Shown here one piece after another: positions 26,130-38,344 of a stretch of DNA of 64,000 nt. The stretch's first letter is position 1. The number at the start of each line of letters is the position of its first letter. Made by a program: the position numbers and the translations under genes. This DNA comes from Podarcis bocagei. Lineage: Eukaryota. The stretch lies in assembly GCA_964188305.1 (NCBI GenBank), contig OZ076887.1; one strand, given 5' to 3'. The notes below the pieces were generated by a model, which saw nothing but the letters and a program-made list of their open reading frames with translations, ran no database searches and was not told the DNA's origin.

Positions 26130-27229
26130 GATTAGAGGTTTGAAGGCGATCTTTGCATGTAATCAAATTTACTAAGCCAAACAACAGTTTAGCATGGATA
26201 TATACTGGTTCCTGGAGAGAAGATTGCAGCTACTGAGCTCCCTCCTCACTACTACTGCTGCTACTGTGTTCCCCAGACAAACCATGAGTGGTAAACTAAG
26301 AACAAACCTTGGAGAGACAAACCTGGGGCCCAGGTTCAGACACAGGGCAAAGCCATGGCTAGCGTGCCCTGGGCTACATGGGAACAGGGGAAGAAGTGCA
26401 GTGACCATAATCTTCTCTCTGGAAAACTGCACATTTGCTTGTTCTTCCAAAATCATGGTTTGCCTTAGTGTTACATGCAAGTTGAGAACAAGTGTGTTCA
26501 GTTGAATACATGTAGAAGCCTCCTCATGAGTCACAATGGGGAACTTTGCTAGGGCCTCAGACATCTCACATTTCCTACACTGTTTAGCTGAATGTTTGAC
26601 TAGAGCTTCTTTTACGTCCCAGGTACATGTCCTGAATTACAACTACCAGTAAAGCAAACGTTGTGCCTGCTATTCCTGTGTCAAATCCTGTCCAACTTTT
26701 GTCCTACATCTGATTTTACATTGGAACTGATCAAGCCAAGGGTTACTTTCCTTGAACCTAATGAACCTAATTCCACATGTGTCACATGCACTGATTGACA
26801 TCTGACACAAGTTAATTGTTTTTGCACATGTGATGATACTACAAAAAGTGTGACAATCTGTTCTACCTTTAGATTTAAGGACACACTCTTATTTCTGATT
26901 CCTTAAAGCGCAGATAAGGGGAAAGACTCCCCAGCTCAGCTTCTTTCCCTTTTTTGGGGGGGGGGTAGGTTTCCAATCATGATAGATTTATACTGTTTGG
27001 ATTACTGTTGGGTGCCAGTGTCTTCTTTCTTAAAATCCTGACTTTCCAGATTAGATGAAAAATGTAGTCAGATGTTAGAAACTTTTCAATAATGAACAAG
27101 GTCTCCTGTTGACCAGCAGAAGTTTGCAGTTGGACTGCAATAATTCTTTAAATGCATTTTTTTGGGGGGGGGTGTAAAGTACTTTATTTTTAACTATAAA
27201 GAAATACATACATATATACAAAAAAATTC

Positions 27230-27286
<57 letters not shown>
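27230..27286. repeat. (TG)n(TA)n microsatellite
   Basis: Read directly. Confidence 0.95.
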
Positions 27287-27288
<2 letters not shown>

Positions 27289-28009
27289 CCTTTACACTTT
27301 TGAATTCATTGGTATTGGACAGCGACTTCCTTAAATGTGCATTCCTACAAGATATATTCAGAGCAGTTCCACAATATATGCATGTTCTGTGCTGAGGCAA
27401 GGTTTTCTTCTGCATATTCAATAAATGCAGGTTGTACGTCATGCAATTTGAGTGGCTTATCTCCCAGTGACAGTATGAGCTTCATCATTACCAGTCTTTC
27501 CCATACTTAAGCAAAACAGAAATCTAGAGCTGTCCTCATTTTTTCCTTTTCCAGACAAATGCTGTTGAACATTTAGGTGTAGTATTTTAATTTAGAATCT
27601 TGTATTTGGGTTGGTTTGCTAGGTGGGTTTCCCTGGTGTCATTGGACCCTTTCTGTAAACTCCCACAAGCTCACATGTGTCAGCTATGCTGTACTGTAGC
27701 TTAATGGAGTGGTGTGCGATCACATGCGGAGATAAACAGGTTATCCCTTATTACAGGTCAATTATAGGTGAAGCAAGGAACTATTTTTAAAAGTGCCCAA
27801 GTGTCTTGGACACTCCTCAGGCAAAGGAATGTACATGGCCTGTAGTTAATCATTTATTGTCCGAAGCAGCACTACTTACAGTAGTGAGTACGCATGCACA
27901 CAAGTTCTAGCATCTAGGCGGCTGTTCTCAGTCCGCATCCAAGGGAGCAGTTAAAGTTACAGGGTATCACAGACTGGCTGGATGCAGAGGAGTGTCCTTC
28001 TGGCCAAAT

Positions 28010-28540
28010 TATTATCCAGGAACTACTGTGTATCCCTGGGAGTAGCTTGATTGCGCAGTTGTATGGCAGGTATGGTGGCAACTTGTCTGCCTCCTCGTAG
28101 AACACATCCCTGAAGAAGTGGTACTCAGGTGGAAGTTGACTCTCCTAGCCTGTGAGCAGCCTTGGTAGAGTGTTGGCCTCAGATCTTCAGAACTCTGTCT
28201 GCCCACTCATGCAGCCCATGACTCCTTGTGGCTCTTTGCAGCCCCCCATGACTCCTCACAGCTCCTCAGGGCTTCCTGTGGCTGCAGCAACTCCTTGTGG
28301 ATGTTCACACCACTCTTCTGCATGGCAGTGGCTCTGGCAGCGCTCAGACCCAAAGACCAGTGCTAGCCCCAGGCGATGCAGGGATCATGTTGAGTGAGCC
28401 AGGTCATTCCCAGCACCAGTGGGCAGGTGACCAGCTTGGCCAAGGAAAACACAGCTTCCTCGCAATGTGCTGGCAACTTGAGAGTTAATGGAATGGTCAG
28501 ATGCATGGCAGTCGTGGAGACCAAGTAATCCTCAGCAGTC
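28010..28540 (-). mobile_element. Ty3/Gypsy (sushi/chromovirus-like) LTR retrotransposon remnant: protease C-terminus and pre-RT region
   Basis: Minus-strand peptides TIPLTLKLPAHCEEAVFSLAKLVTCPLVLGMTWLTQHDPCIAW (aspartic protease ILGxxWLxxHxPxIxW motif) and QLPPEYHFFRDVFYEEADKLPPYLPYNCAIKLLPG (LPPHRPYDCAIDLLPG motif); possible LTR remnant at ~27802-27995. Confidence 0.85.
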
Positions 28541-30066
28541 AGGAGAATTCTACAAAACCTTTTGATGTTAGAAAACTTTGTGAAGCCACATTTGAAAGCA
28601 GAAGATGCTTTTATGTTCAAATGTTCTTCTTACTCAGCATTGAATAGATAGTTGCTTAATATCAAATAATACCGTCGCTGCAGAGTCATCAAAATATTCC
28701 CATTGAGAACCATGTTTTGCTAAGAAGAGAAGGCATAGTGGGTGGGGAAAATCTGATGCATTCATTATAGCCTCATTCAGTGCCCGCATCTTTAAAAAAA
28801 ACACTGGATGCAAAGTGATTAGCGTCAGTACTAGTTTCATCCTTTGAGACTGATGGATCTGAATGAATAGGGTGGTTAACAAGCTGGGAATTTGGCCAAC
28901 ATGCAGTGTCTAAATAGAAATTGAAGTTGACTTCCTCATTACAGGGAGGTCTTTGGTTTCTATAGTACATTCTGAAACCAATCCAAGATGTGTGCGTCCC
29001 CTCAAGGGAGAAAAAAGGGGTTCTGAGTTTTAAAAAAAGTAACCTCGAAGGGTTTATATTAAATGAGATTCCATATAAGATTGTATGAAACATGATGCCA
29101 ACAGCAGGGTCATTCACTTCGGGAATGTTTCATCATTTTATGGTGGCAGCAGCTGAGTCAGTTCACCATGCATCTCTGAGACAAATTATATGTCACATTT
29201 TTCAATTCACACTTTCCAGCATTATTTATGATGTTGTATGAGAATCCTAAACATTCTGAGACTGGGTGGACTTCAGCTCATAGTGGCAGCTAATTCTTTT
29301 TTTAAAAAGCTTTTTTAGTGTGGAAATGAATGCAGGACATTAGGTTTGATCATTGTCCGACTGATGTTGTTGCTTAGTGAATATAAAAATCTGAAGCAAA
29401 AAAATAAAAGCAAGATGTAGCAGTTGTGTAACATGTGCCTTTTAGGAAAAGTAAATGTGATCCATTACATAGCAAGCTGGAGCTCTAAGAGACCCTTGCC
29501 CTGGATGCATGTAGCCTGGGTCACAGTCTTTGGTCTGTGAAATGACAGTAATAGTAATGTGCTGCACTTGGGTGGTCCCAATATAGTTTGTATAACACAA
29601 TGGCTGCATATGATGATGAATAATTGTAATTTATATAAAAATCAATATTAAAAAGGGAAGAAATTGTAAAATCTATTTTAGCAGAGATTTTAAATTTTAG
29701 TTGATATGTTTCTTTTAGGGCAAGCCTTCACAAGGCAGTTTAAAAAAAAATATTGTTGACTGGACTAGTCCACTTCATCCCCTGCCCCAGGCTGCAAATC
29801 AAAGTCCTGCCACAAGTATTTATCTGGGGATACTGTGTCTTTTTCAGGATCAGTTGGCCCAGTCTACCCAAATTGGTGGCCAGGAATTCCCCTCTCTGCT
29901 TACTCTCAATTTCTCTCAAACACCTCATGGGCCCAAGCAAAGAGAGGTAACCCTCCCAATGACTCCTGTCTGCCAAACTCATGGGACCCTGAGTATCACT
30001 TGTTGCTGGGACCTGCTTAAAGGCTTCACTCAGTATAGAGACTGGTCTCCACCTCACAAGGCTATA

Positions 30067-30288
30067 CAGTGGTACCTCGGGTTACAGACGCTTCAGGTTA
30101 CAGACTCCACTAACACAGAAATAGTACCTCAGGTTAAGAACTTTGCTTCAGGATGAGAACAGAAATCACGCAGTGGTGGTGCAGCGGCAGCGGGAGGCCC
30201 CATTAGCTAAAGTGGTGCCTCAGGTTAAGAACAGTTTCAGGTTAAAAACGGACCTCCAGAATGAATTAAGTTCTTAACCCAAGGTACT
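30067..30288 (+). mobile_element. Tc1/mariner MITE family A, right TIR damaged
   Basis: TA-CAGTGGTACCTCGG...AACCCAAGGTACT. Confidence 0.85.
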
Positions 30289-30289
30289 A

Positions 30290-30860
30290 ACCCCCACAAT
30301 AAAAACTTACAACACTCAGTTAAAAAACAAAACAACTGGAAACATAATAAAAACAGTACCAAAGAAAATAATATACAGATGGCCCCATTTTTTTTTTTAA
30401 AAAAATATCCTTTGTATATTCATAATCATCATCACTCCTTAGGGCATGGGTAGGCAAACTAAGGCCTGGGGACCGGATCCGGCCAAATCACTTTCTAAAT
30501 CCAGTGTGTTTTTACATGAGTAGAACGTGTCCTTTTATTTAAAATGTATCTCTGGATTATTTGTGGTGCCTGCCTGGTGTTTTTACATGAGTAGACTGTG
30601 TGCTTTTATTTAAAATGCATCTCTGGGTTATTTGTGGGGCATAGAAATCCGTTCATTATTTTTTTTCAAAATATAGTCCCGCCCCCCACAAGGTCTGAGG
30701 GACAGTGGACCGGTCCCCTGCTGAAAAAGTTTGCTGGCCCCTGCCTTAGGGTCTGCTTTAAGAATACAAGAGAGGCAGCCATGCAGACATCGGGGAGAGG
30801 AAATTCTACAAGTGTGGAGCGACCACTGAAAAGGTCCCTGTTACCCACAAATCTGACTAA
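30290..30860 (-). mobile_element. Old L2 3' fragment interrupted by a hAT MITE
   Basis: AAATTCTACAAGTGTGGAGCGACCACTGAAAAGGTCC is the reverse complement of a degenerate RAFSVVAPxLWN motif. Confidence 0.5.
30445..30743 (-). mobile_element. hAT MITE (OC1-related), opposite orientation to 25816
   Basis: Perfect 8-bp TSD CCTTAGGG; termini CATGGGTAGGCAAAC...GTTTGCTGGCCCCTG. Confidence 0.9.
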
Positions 30861-31622
30861 ACTTAGTGATGGGCCCAATAATCTTTCACCATTTTTGCTA
30901 TATTCATTTCCCCAAATGTTTGCTTGTCCTCCTTTGCTCAATATACCAAGGAGGTAAGAAGGCTCTATGGGTTTGGGTGAGAATATTTGGAAGCAATTAC
31001 TTCAGTGCCCTGTGCCATCACCTCACTCCAAGGAGATGCTCAGTTCAGAGGAGGATCAAGCAGGAAGAAATAACCCTAGACGTTTATATGTGCAAGCAGG
31101 GAGAAAACATGCAACCCAACATAGATTTTGAATATTTTTACTGCAGCCAGTTTTAAATAGAAAAGGTGATTGGCTGCAGAAAAAAGAAAACCCCTCACTT
31201 TATGCATGCTTCTTCTCTGCCTGCTCAATAGCTCTGTAGGATTGTAGCCTAACTCTGAGTCATTAGAGGAAATTGCATACTTCAGCAACTAGGCCTACAT
31301 ACTAGAAGATCACTGCCCACTCTTCTTAACAAATTGAAAAGGATAGCTAATGCCATTATTTGTGACTGATGGCATTTCACACAGCCAGGAATTCAAACTC
31401 TAGCAACTGAAATGGGAATGAAGCATCACCTGCAGTAAATTTGATCTATTTGCATTTTAAGTGCTGAGTGTAGCAGATTACATTACTCAGCTTTGACCTA
31501 CTGGTGGCATAGAACTATATTTAACTGCTACTGCTATGATTACTATTATCATTAATTGTTATTATTTTGCACCACAAAACATTCTAGCACATAATTAGTA
31601 AAGAACAACTTATTACTCAAAG

Positions 31623-31735
31623 CAGGTATGGGGTAACTGTGGCCCCCCAATTATTGCTGTGCCGCAACTTCCATGAGCCCCAGTCAACATGGCCAATGGT
31701 CGGGGGTGACAGAAAATCTAGAGGGCCACAAGTCA
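31623..31735. mobile_element. Short palindromic hAT MITE (degenerate)
   Basis: Same family as 49311-49441; further degenerate copies near 18100, 41530, 45715 and 49180. Confidence 0.5.
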
Positions 31736-32569
31736 GAAACCCTATTAGATAGTATGCACTTAGATATACATTTTTTCTCTTTAACACTATTTCAAACCAA
31801 GAGAATAGACAGCAACATAACTGCAATGGGTTCTGCAATATCTGACATGCAGTATAAATATAGTGACAGCAATTTAGTTGCCTGTATCCCTCAATATATA
31901 TCAAGAAGTTGAGATTTTTCCAAAGATGATTGGTCTTCCATGTCATAAACAGGCATAACATCTGGGCACCCAGTTTTGCCCTTTAATTAAGGTGTGCTTA
32001 ATTGCGAGGATAACAACATTTTTCTCATTTTGTTTGAGGTTCTATTAGCATTAATGTGTTGGACTGTATTAATGTGTTGAACTAATTGAGATGATCTACT
32101 TAAATGAGGCTATCAACAAATAGCATTAAAATGAGACAGAACAGTTTGGGATATATTGCAATAAAATTAACAGTGGGGAGATAATCAATGTTTTCAGCGT
32201 TTATTGATTTATTTTAATAAATACTCATGAGTCCCCCTACATGGGACTGTCAAAATAAGCAGCTCTTTATGTATAAACTGCTAAACATACCTGGATATGG
32301 TTTATTTACCTCAATGAAATTCAGTGAGATAGTAATAACTCTGAGTATACATTGCTAGACGCCCTAGATAGCAGGCATCAATTTATTTACTATGTCCAAA
32401 AGTAAATTAGAAAAGGAAATAAGCAATTCCAAGACAGACAGGAACACACTTGGGTTGAGTTAACAAGGTGACACTTCTGAATTAGACTGTGGTTAATGCC
32501 TCTTGTTTTCAAGAAAGTCTAAGAGAGATCAAAGTCCAGTTTTCAAGAAAGGCTAGCAAGTGAGATACA

Positions 32570-32687
32570 CAGGATATTCAACTAAGTTTTACTGAGAGTA
32601 GACTTACTAAAATTAACAGGTTTAATTTAGTCATATTAATTAATTTCAGCGGCTCTACTCTGAGTAAACCTTAGTTGTATGCCACCC
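32570..32687. mobile_element. Palindromic MITE (PIF/Harbinger-like)
   Basis: TATTCAACTAAGTTTTACTGAGAGTAGAC...CTCTACTCTGAGTAAACCTTAGTTGTAT forms a long hairpin; relatives at 55645-55757 and 55893-55990. Confidence 0.6.
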
Positions 32688-32691
32688 ATAA

Positions 32692-32870
32692 AAAGCTTGC
32701 CTAAACAGAGTCAAACCATTCGTCTGTCTAGCTCAGCACTGTCTGCACTTGCTGGCAGTGAATCTCTTAGGGTTTCAGGCAGGAGTCATTCCCAGTCCTA
32801 GCTGGAAATGCCAGAGGTGGAATCTGGGACCATATGTGAGCAAAGCAGATGCTCTACCACTAAACTATGG
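32692..32870 (-). mobile_element. tRNA-headed SINE with CR1-like tail
   Basis: Minus strand begins CCATAGTTTAGTGGTAGAGCATCTGCTT...GGTCCCAGATTCCACC (A/B boxes). Confidence 0.6.
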
Positions 32871-33009
32871 TACTGAGCTACTGGATGCTGTGTGTCTCAA
32901 TTCCTTTAATAAGTATGGTCTTTGCAACACATGCTATCCAAGCAGGTTTTCATTTTGATGACCCAAAACATACTTGATTTTTAAATTTGTTGATGACTTT
33001 TTTGGGTGC

Positions 33010-33588
33010 ATGGGGTGCTAGGGGATGGCATGGGACATGTCATGCTCCTTCTGTGGTAGTTTGTCCACATTGGTCCCCTCACTGCACTCAGCTCTCACCC
33101 GTGACTCCTAGAAGTCAGCATGCGACAGCAGCCACACCCCAGGAATGCCTTCAACTGGCCATCAAAACCAAGTGAGGGTAGCTGATGGGTCTCAAACCCT
33201 TGATGAGTTAGGGACTTCCCCTGCATGTTCTGGTGGAGTGAGCAAAAGAGACCAAGAGTGGGTCCACCAGCCACAAAGGTGGTTTCTGCACTTACTTTAC
33301 AGGGAAGTGAGGGGTAGGTGGGGGTTGTCAACCTGGAAAGGTAGCCCATCTAGGAGATGAAAAACTCTGATCCTAAACTTACACTGCCTTCTGGGATATC
33401 TTAAGGAGTAGAAAAGGCCAAGACCTACACAAATCTGGAGTGGAATTCCTAAGATGGTTGGATGGCACCTAGAATGCCTCCTTCCAGCAACTCCTGCAGC
33501 TAAGCCAGACGTATTGCTCTGCTTTCCTTTGGACCACATCAGGGAGGCCAACAGGGAGGTCTTTTTGTCTGGGCAGCCCAGGTCATCA

Positions 33589-33639
<51 letters not shown>

Positions 33640-33890
33640 TGTACCCCGCCATCTGGCTGGGTTCCCCCAGCCACTCTGGGCAGCTTCCAACAGAACACTA
33701 AAATCAGAATAAAACTTCAAACATTAAAATTTTCCCTAAACAGGGCTGCCCAGGCTTGTGCCCCAGAGAGGTCACTTTGGTGCTGCTAATGCAGAGGTTT
33801 GACTTCACCCCTGGAGTTGCACTACATTGTCTCTCAAGGCAGGTTGATTCCAACCATGATGAGGGTATGGATATTTTCAGGCATATTCTA
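33010..33890 (+). mobile_element. RTE-clade LINE 5' region (or RTE-derived non-autonomous element), interrupted by L2
   Basis: GGTAGCCCATCTAGGAGATGAAAAACTCTGATCCTAAAC and GCACTCAGCTCTCACC motifs resemble RTE 5' UTRs; boundaries approximate. Confidence 0.5.
33589..33750 (-). mobile_element. L2 3' end with (TAA)n tail at 33589-33639
   Basis: GTACCCCGCCATCTGGCTGGGTTCCCCCAGCCACTCTGGGCAGCTTCC terminal motif. Confidence 0.85.
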
Positions 33891-36240
33891 GTCATTCCTT
33901 TGTTGAATGTCAAATTTATTCTGTTTTAGGTTTGCTTTGTGATACCATCTTTGCCTGCAATTTCTGGGATTCATATCATGATGTGAAAAATGTGGGGTTT
34001 TGAAACTTCTCATCCTTCTAGAACAGTGTATAAGACAAACATGGAAAACAAGGATAATCTGACACATAAAATGCTGATGTAGCAGGATTTCACTCCTTCT
34101 CCAAACTCTGTTATAGAGTGCCATATAAAACATTTTTACTTTTCTGGGGATGAGTGCGCGAGTAATTCTTTAATAGATTTGTTGATGCTGGCTGTTGCTC
34201 ATTCAATAGCATTGATCCAAAAATGCCAGAGCTTATGATTTTGCATATAGAAGGATTCCTGCCATTTAGTGAAGATAACACTGGACTCAACACACCAATA
34301 GTCTGGCATAGTATAAGGCAGCTTCCTTTGTGGTACTATGTGGTTCCTATGTAGTACCTAAGCTTGACCTAAGCCTTTTGACAGAAAATGTTTTTATTTA
34401 TTTAAGACGATCTTCATCATCCCGGTGCCCTCCAGAGGTTTTGGATTGCAACTTGCACCAGCCCCAGTCAGAATGGCAAAGTCTGATTTAGGATATTTAT
34501 AGATTGCCCTTCCTTGGAATGAATCTAATTCTAAGAGATAAATGAAGGAAGCTACTGTAATCTCCCTCTTTTCCTAACCAATGCACCATTCTGTTAGTGA
34601 CAAATACATTTCTTGTGAAATGATAATGAGAGGAAAGGGCATTAATGTTGTTTCACTGATCAGTAGTGTCCCTCTTCTTATCTTGGAATACAATTCGGCT
34701 TTGTGAAGGATAGTCCCTCCTTTGAAGGAAAGCTTAATAAGATTTCAAGCTCCCATTTCCCAGCAAGATATGTGAATCTCCATTTGCTCATGAGAAACAT
34801 TAAGGCAGCAGTTTCTTTCAGAGAAAAATCATATTTGTTTCATCTGCCATCTGGCATGTCCAAAATAAAATACCGATACATATAAAATCTGAGAAAATGG
34901 GAGGGGGAAACATGATCAGTGACTATAGGCAGCTGTCATAAAATTCCTTTGTCTTGACTATTCATTCTGTAGCTGGAGTTAAAGAACTATCTAAGGGACT
35001 TTAGTCTCCCATTAGCTCAGGCTAAACTTCATTGCAAAAGGAAACATTTAAAGCTTTCTTTCTTTTTTAAGCACACCCAAAACAGGAAATACTCTTCTGA
35101 CTTGTGCCTGTATTTAGAAGAAAGGATGAGATATCAGTTTAATAAAGAAAAACAATCTGGTTGGAACTATTAATGTTTTCCTCATCTCATTTTAAGTTTG
35201 ACCACCTCTGTTTCTCAGAATGTATAGTTTGGTTCCATTGGCAAGTAGCTTATTTTGTGTTGTTTTATAGTACTTTATGTTTTATTGTATTTGTATATAC
35301 TGTTGTGCACAGCTTTGATATACTTTTATAAATAAAATTAAAATAACCTGGTTATCCAGTATCTTCAAAAAGAAGAAAACTAGGTAAGTTCTGTCTTCAG
35401 CATTATGAGACAGCAAACTATACCCACATTTAATTGGTTTAGAGATATCTCATCATAGAAGTCTGAGTAAATGACTTCTTAAGTGATCAGATCAATAAGT
35501 AATACACAAGCCAAAAGACAGATCTCATGGGCACTGAGAATGAAATGTTTTGAACATTCTACAGTGATGCGGCTCTTTGTGGGAGTTGCTGGAATTTCTG
35601 TCGTTCATCGGAATGAAAGCTGTTAAATAGCTGGAGGGCTAACTTCTACCTACTTTTATATAAATGATTCTTAGCATTGGAATATGCATACTTATGAGAT
35701 TTAACTTGGTCTTTTGTGATGCTCCTACCAGGAAATTGGAAAATACCATTATAACTATAGAAAACTTCTGCCCTTTGTCTGACTGTCACACCTAAGTAGC
35801 AAAAGAGACAGGTGTCCCTCAAAGAAGAGGTAAATTATAGGACTGTGTGGTCTTGCAATAAATAAATGTGGAACAATGGGAAGATAAAGAACAAGATTGG
35901 GGTGCATTATTAGGAAGAGCTTTATAAATATTCATTATCTTTAATATTCACTAACTGATCTTAAGCCAGAATAGGTTAATTCTTAATAAGAAATACTAAA
36001 ACCTGTATTTTTGTGCATTTTGCACATTAGTCATTCATTAAAAGTTCCATCCCATGTTGGACTGCTGGATGTTCCATGTTAATTAGTTTAGAATTTCAGA
36101 AATAATGCTGGGTATACTATTTGGGTAATTTTATACTGCAAGTTTTCTGAGCAGGAAATTCTGTGTTGATATCATGGTCCCAGAGCAGGAACCCTCAAAT
36201 GCAGAGAACTTGTACTGTGGTTGCTCTAGGGAGAAACAGA

Positions 36241-37861
36241 CAGTGGTGTAGCATTGGGGGGAGCACAGAGGGAGTGTTACGCACGCTGTGACACTGAGCT
36301 GCAGCAGTCCTGAAGGTACTGCAAGACTAGGAGGGAAGTGACTCCTTTGCCTGGACCGGCAACACATGGAGCATGCAACACAAGCATCTCTCAGGCATCC
36401 AGGTGGGCTCCAAGCAGGAAGGGGAAAGCTGGCCAGCCCCACTCTTGTCAGAATGGAGCACCCTCTGGCTGCCTGTCCCCTTCACCCTCAGCTCTGCGTC
36501 CTTTGCTCACAGGCACTGCAAGCCACATGCTTCTTGTGCCATGACTGGTGCTGGCACCAGTGGCGTAGCGTGGGTTGTCAGCACCCGGGGCAAGGCAAGT
36601 AATTTGCGCCCCCTAACCCGTGGATTTTAGCACTCGAGTGCGAGCGCGCCCCCCAGATGTTGCGCCTGGCCCCCCTGCACCCCCCACGCTATGCCACTGG
36701 GAGGGGGGTGAGCAAAGGAGCCAAGGACCCTCCCCAAAGGCTCAGCAGGAATTTATTAAATTTATTATTTGCGGAGCCCCCGCGGGCCGAGGCAGCCGAA
36801 GCCCCCTCCCCTCGGGCGCCTCTCCGCCCCCTCCTCTCCTTGGGCTGTAGGTGGAGCTCCAGATCCGGGCTTGGCGAGTGCCTCTCCTCCTCCCGGCTGG
36901 GTCCGGGGGCTTCCAGCCATGCTCTGTCCTCGCCCCCCCCCCCGCGGCTGAGACTTGCGCTGAGAGCCGGAGCCAGCGGCGCCCCCTTCTGCTGGGAGAC
37001 CCTCGCCCGCCCGCCGGCTTCCTCTCGGAGAGTTTTGGGGAGCGCAGGGCGCGGCGAGGCCCCTCAGAGCTCTCCTCCCTCCCAGTCGGCAGAAGCAGCC
37101 GCCTGTGGCTGGGCCGAGGGGATGGCAGCAGCGTCAGGGTGCGGAGGCTGCCCGTGCCCGGCCAGGCGTCGGTGGCGGCGTCGGCGCTGCTGCAGCGGCT
37201 GCTCCTCCTGCGAGCAGTGAGTGGAGCGCAGCTGCAGCGGCGGCGGGGGGGCACGCACGCGCCAGGGTGCAAGGCTGGCGGTGGCGGCGGGGAGCCCAGC
37301 GGAGGAAGGAACTTGTCCCTTCCCTCTGGACTCGCGCCCCCCCCCCAGATGTTGCGCCCGGTGCGGCCGGCACCCCTGGCACCCCCCATGCTACGCCACT
37401 GGCTGGCACCAGGCGTGTCAGGTCACTGCTGTGCTGGGTGGCCCTCTTGGCTCTCTCCTGCCCCCACTTTGGGACAGAAGTGGTTGGGGCCCCTGTAGCA
37501 CTGCAGAGCCCACAGCCCAGGCTCCTGTATGGTAGCAAGCAATCCCAGGCACAGTGGGGCACCACCAGAGTGCTTAGCAGGGGTGAAGAAGTGGGTACAC
37601 GAGCCATGACTGGCAGCATACTGGTTCCTGGGTTGGACTGGTAGAGCTTCCTGTGGGTGCACTATGGAGAGCTGAAACAGCTGGAGGGGCTCCAGTTGGG
37701 TGGTTGGAGTCCACATCTGACACCTCCCAGCCAGCATCTCAGAGGTTGTGCTAAAAATGAGGGAGGAGGACCCATGGCAACATGCTAGCCCCCTTCCCCA
37801 TGTTGATGCAAATCCCTTTTGCACCTTGCCCCAGGTATTGGCAACCCACACTACACCACTG
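36241..37861 (-). mobile_element. Older hAT element (CAGTGGYGTAG TIR family) hosting a nested younger copy
   Basis: 36241 CAGTGGTGTAGCATTGGGGGG matches the reverse complement of the young element's right end; 37820-37861 matches the reverse complement of its left end; TSD not preserved. Confidence 0.65.
36558..37401 (+). mobile_element. Young hAT element with GC-rich cargo (Pack-TIR-like)
   Basis: TIRs CAGTGGCGTAGC / GCTACGCCACTG; perfect 8-bp TSD GCTGGCAC; extra internal right end ending at 36699; CpG-dense interior. Confidence 0.9.
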
Positions 37862-38344
37862 GATCCACTTCCTCTTCTTTCCCATCTGGAACTACTGCAT
37901 TTTATCCCACATTTTGTCCTTAAACTCTTAGCTGACACCCCCACTACTGGACTCTGAAGTCTGAGCCACAGACTCCCTGGAGGATTAGGCAAGACCTGAA
38001 AAGCTTAAATGAAAGATTAAAAAGGACGTTCTTCTTGCTTGAAACACCACTGCCTAGAAAAGGGTGATAGCTGAAGGAAAAGGCACTGACCATTTAACTA
38101 GCCATGTGCATTACTCATGGATGGGATTTTAATCCTGACTACCTAGCCCAGACTCTAAAGCTCCATGACACTGTTGAAACAACTTGCTCATTTAGAGTAG
38201 GAATGCTAACTGTGGTTTTGAACCAGCACCTTGGGCCTTGTCCAAGGTCCTGAGCTTCCCTTATTTAATGTTCCCAGCCTGTTCCAGAATCCTGGGCTCT
38301 GATCTCTATCTTGCTTGGGCCACCACCTTCCCTTGGTTCTTAAA

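Noticed and set aside
36657-37644. Several long overlapping ORFs (160-215 aa) on both strands
   Set aside because: Expected from very high GC content; low-complexity translations that cross transposon boundaries
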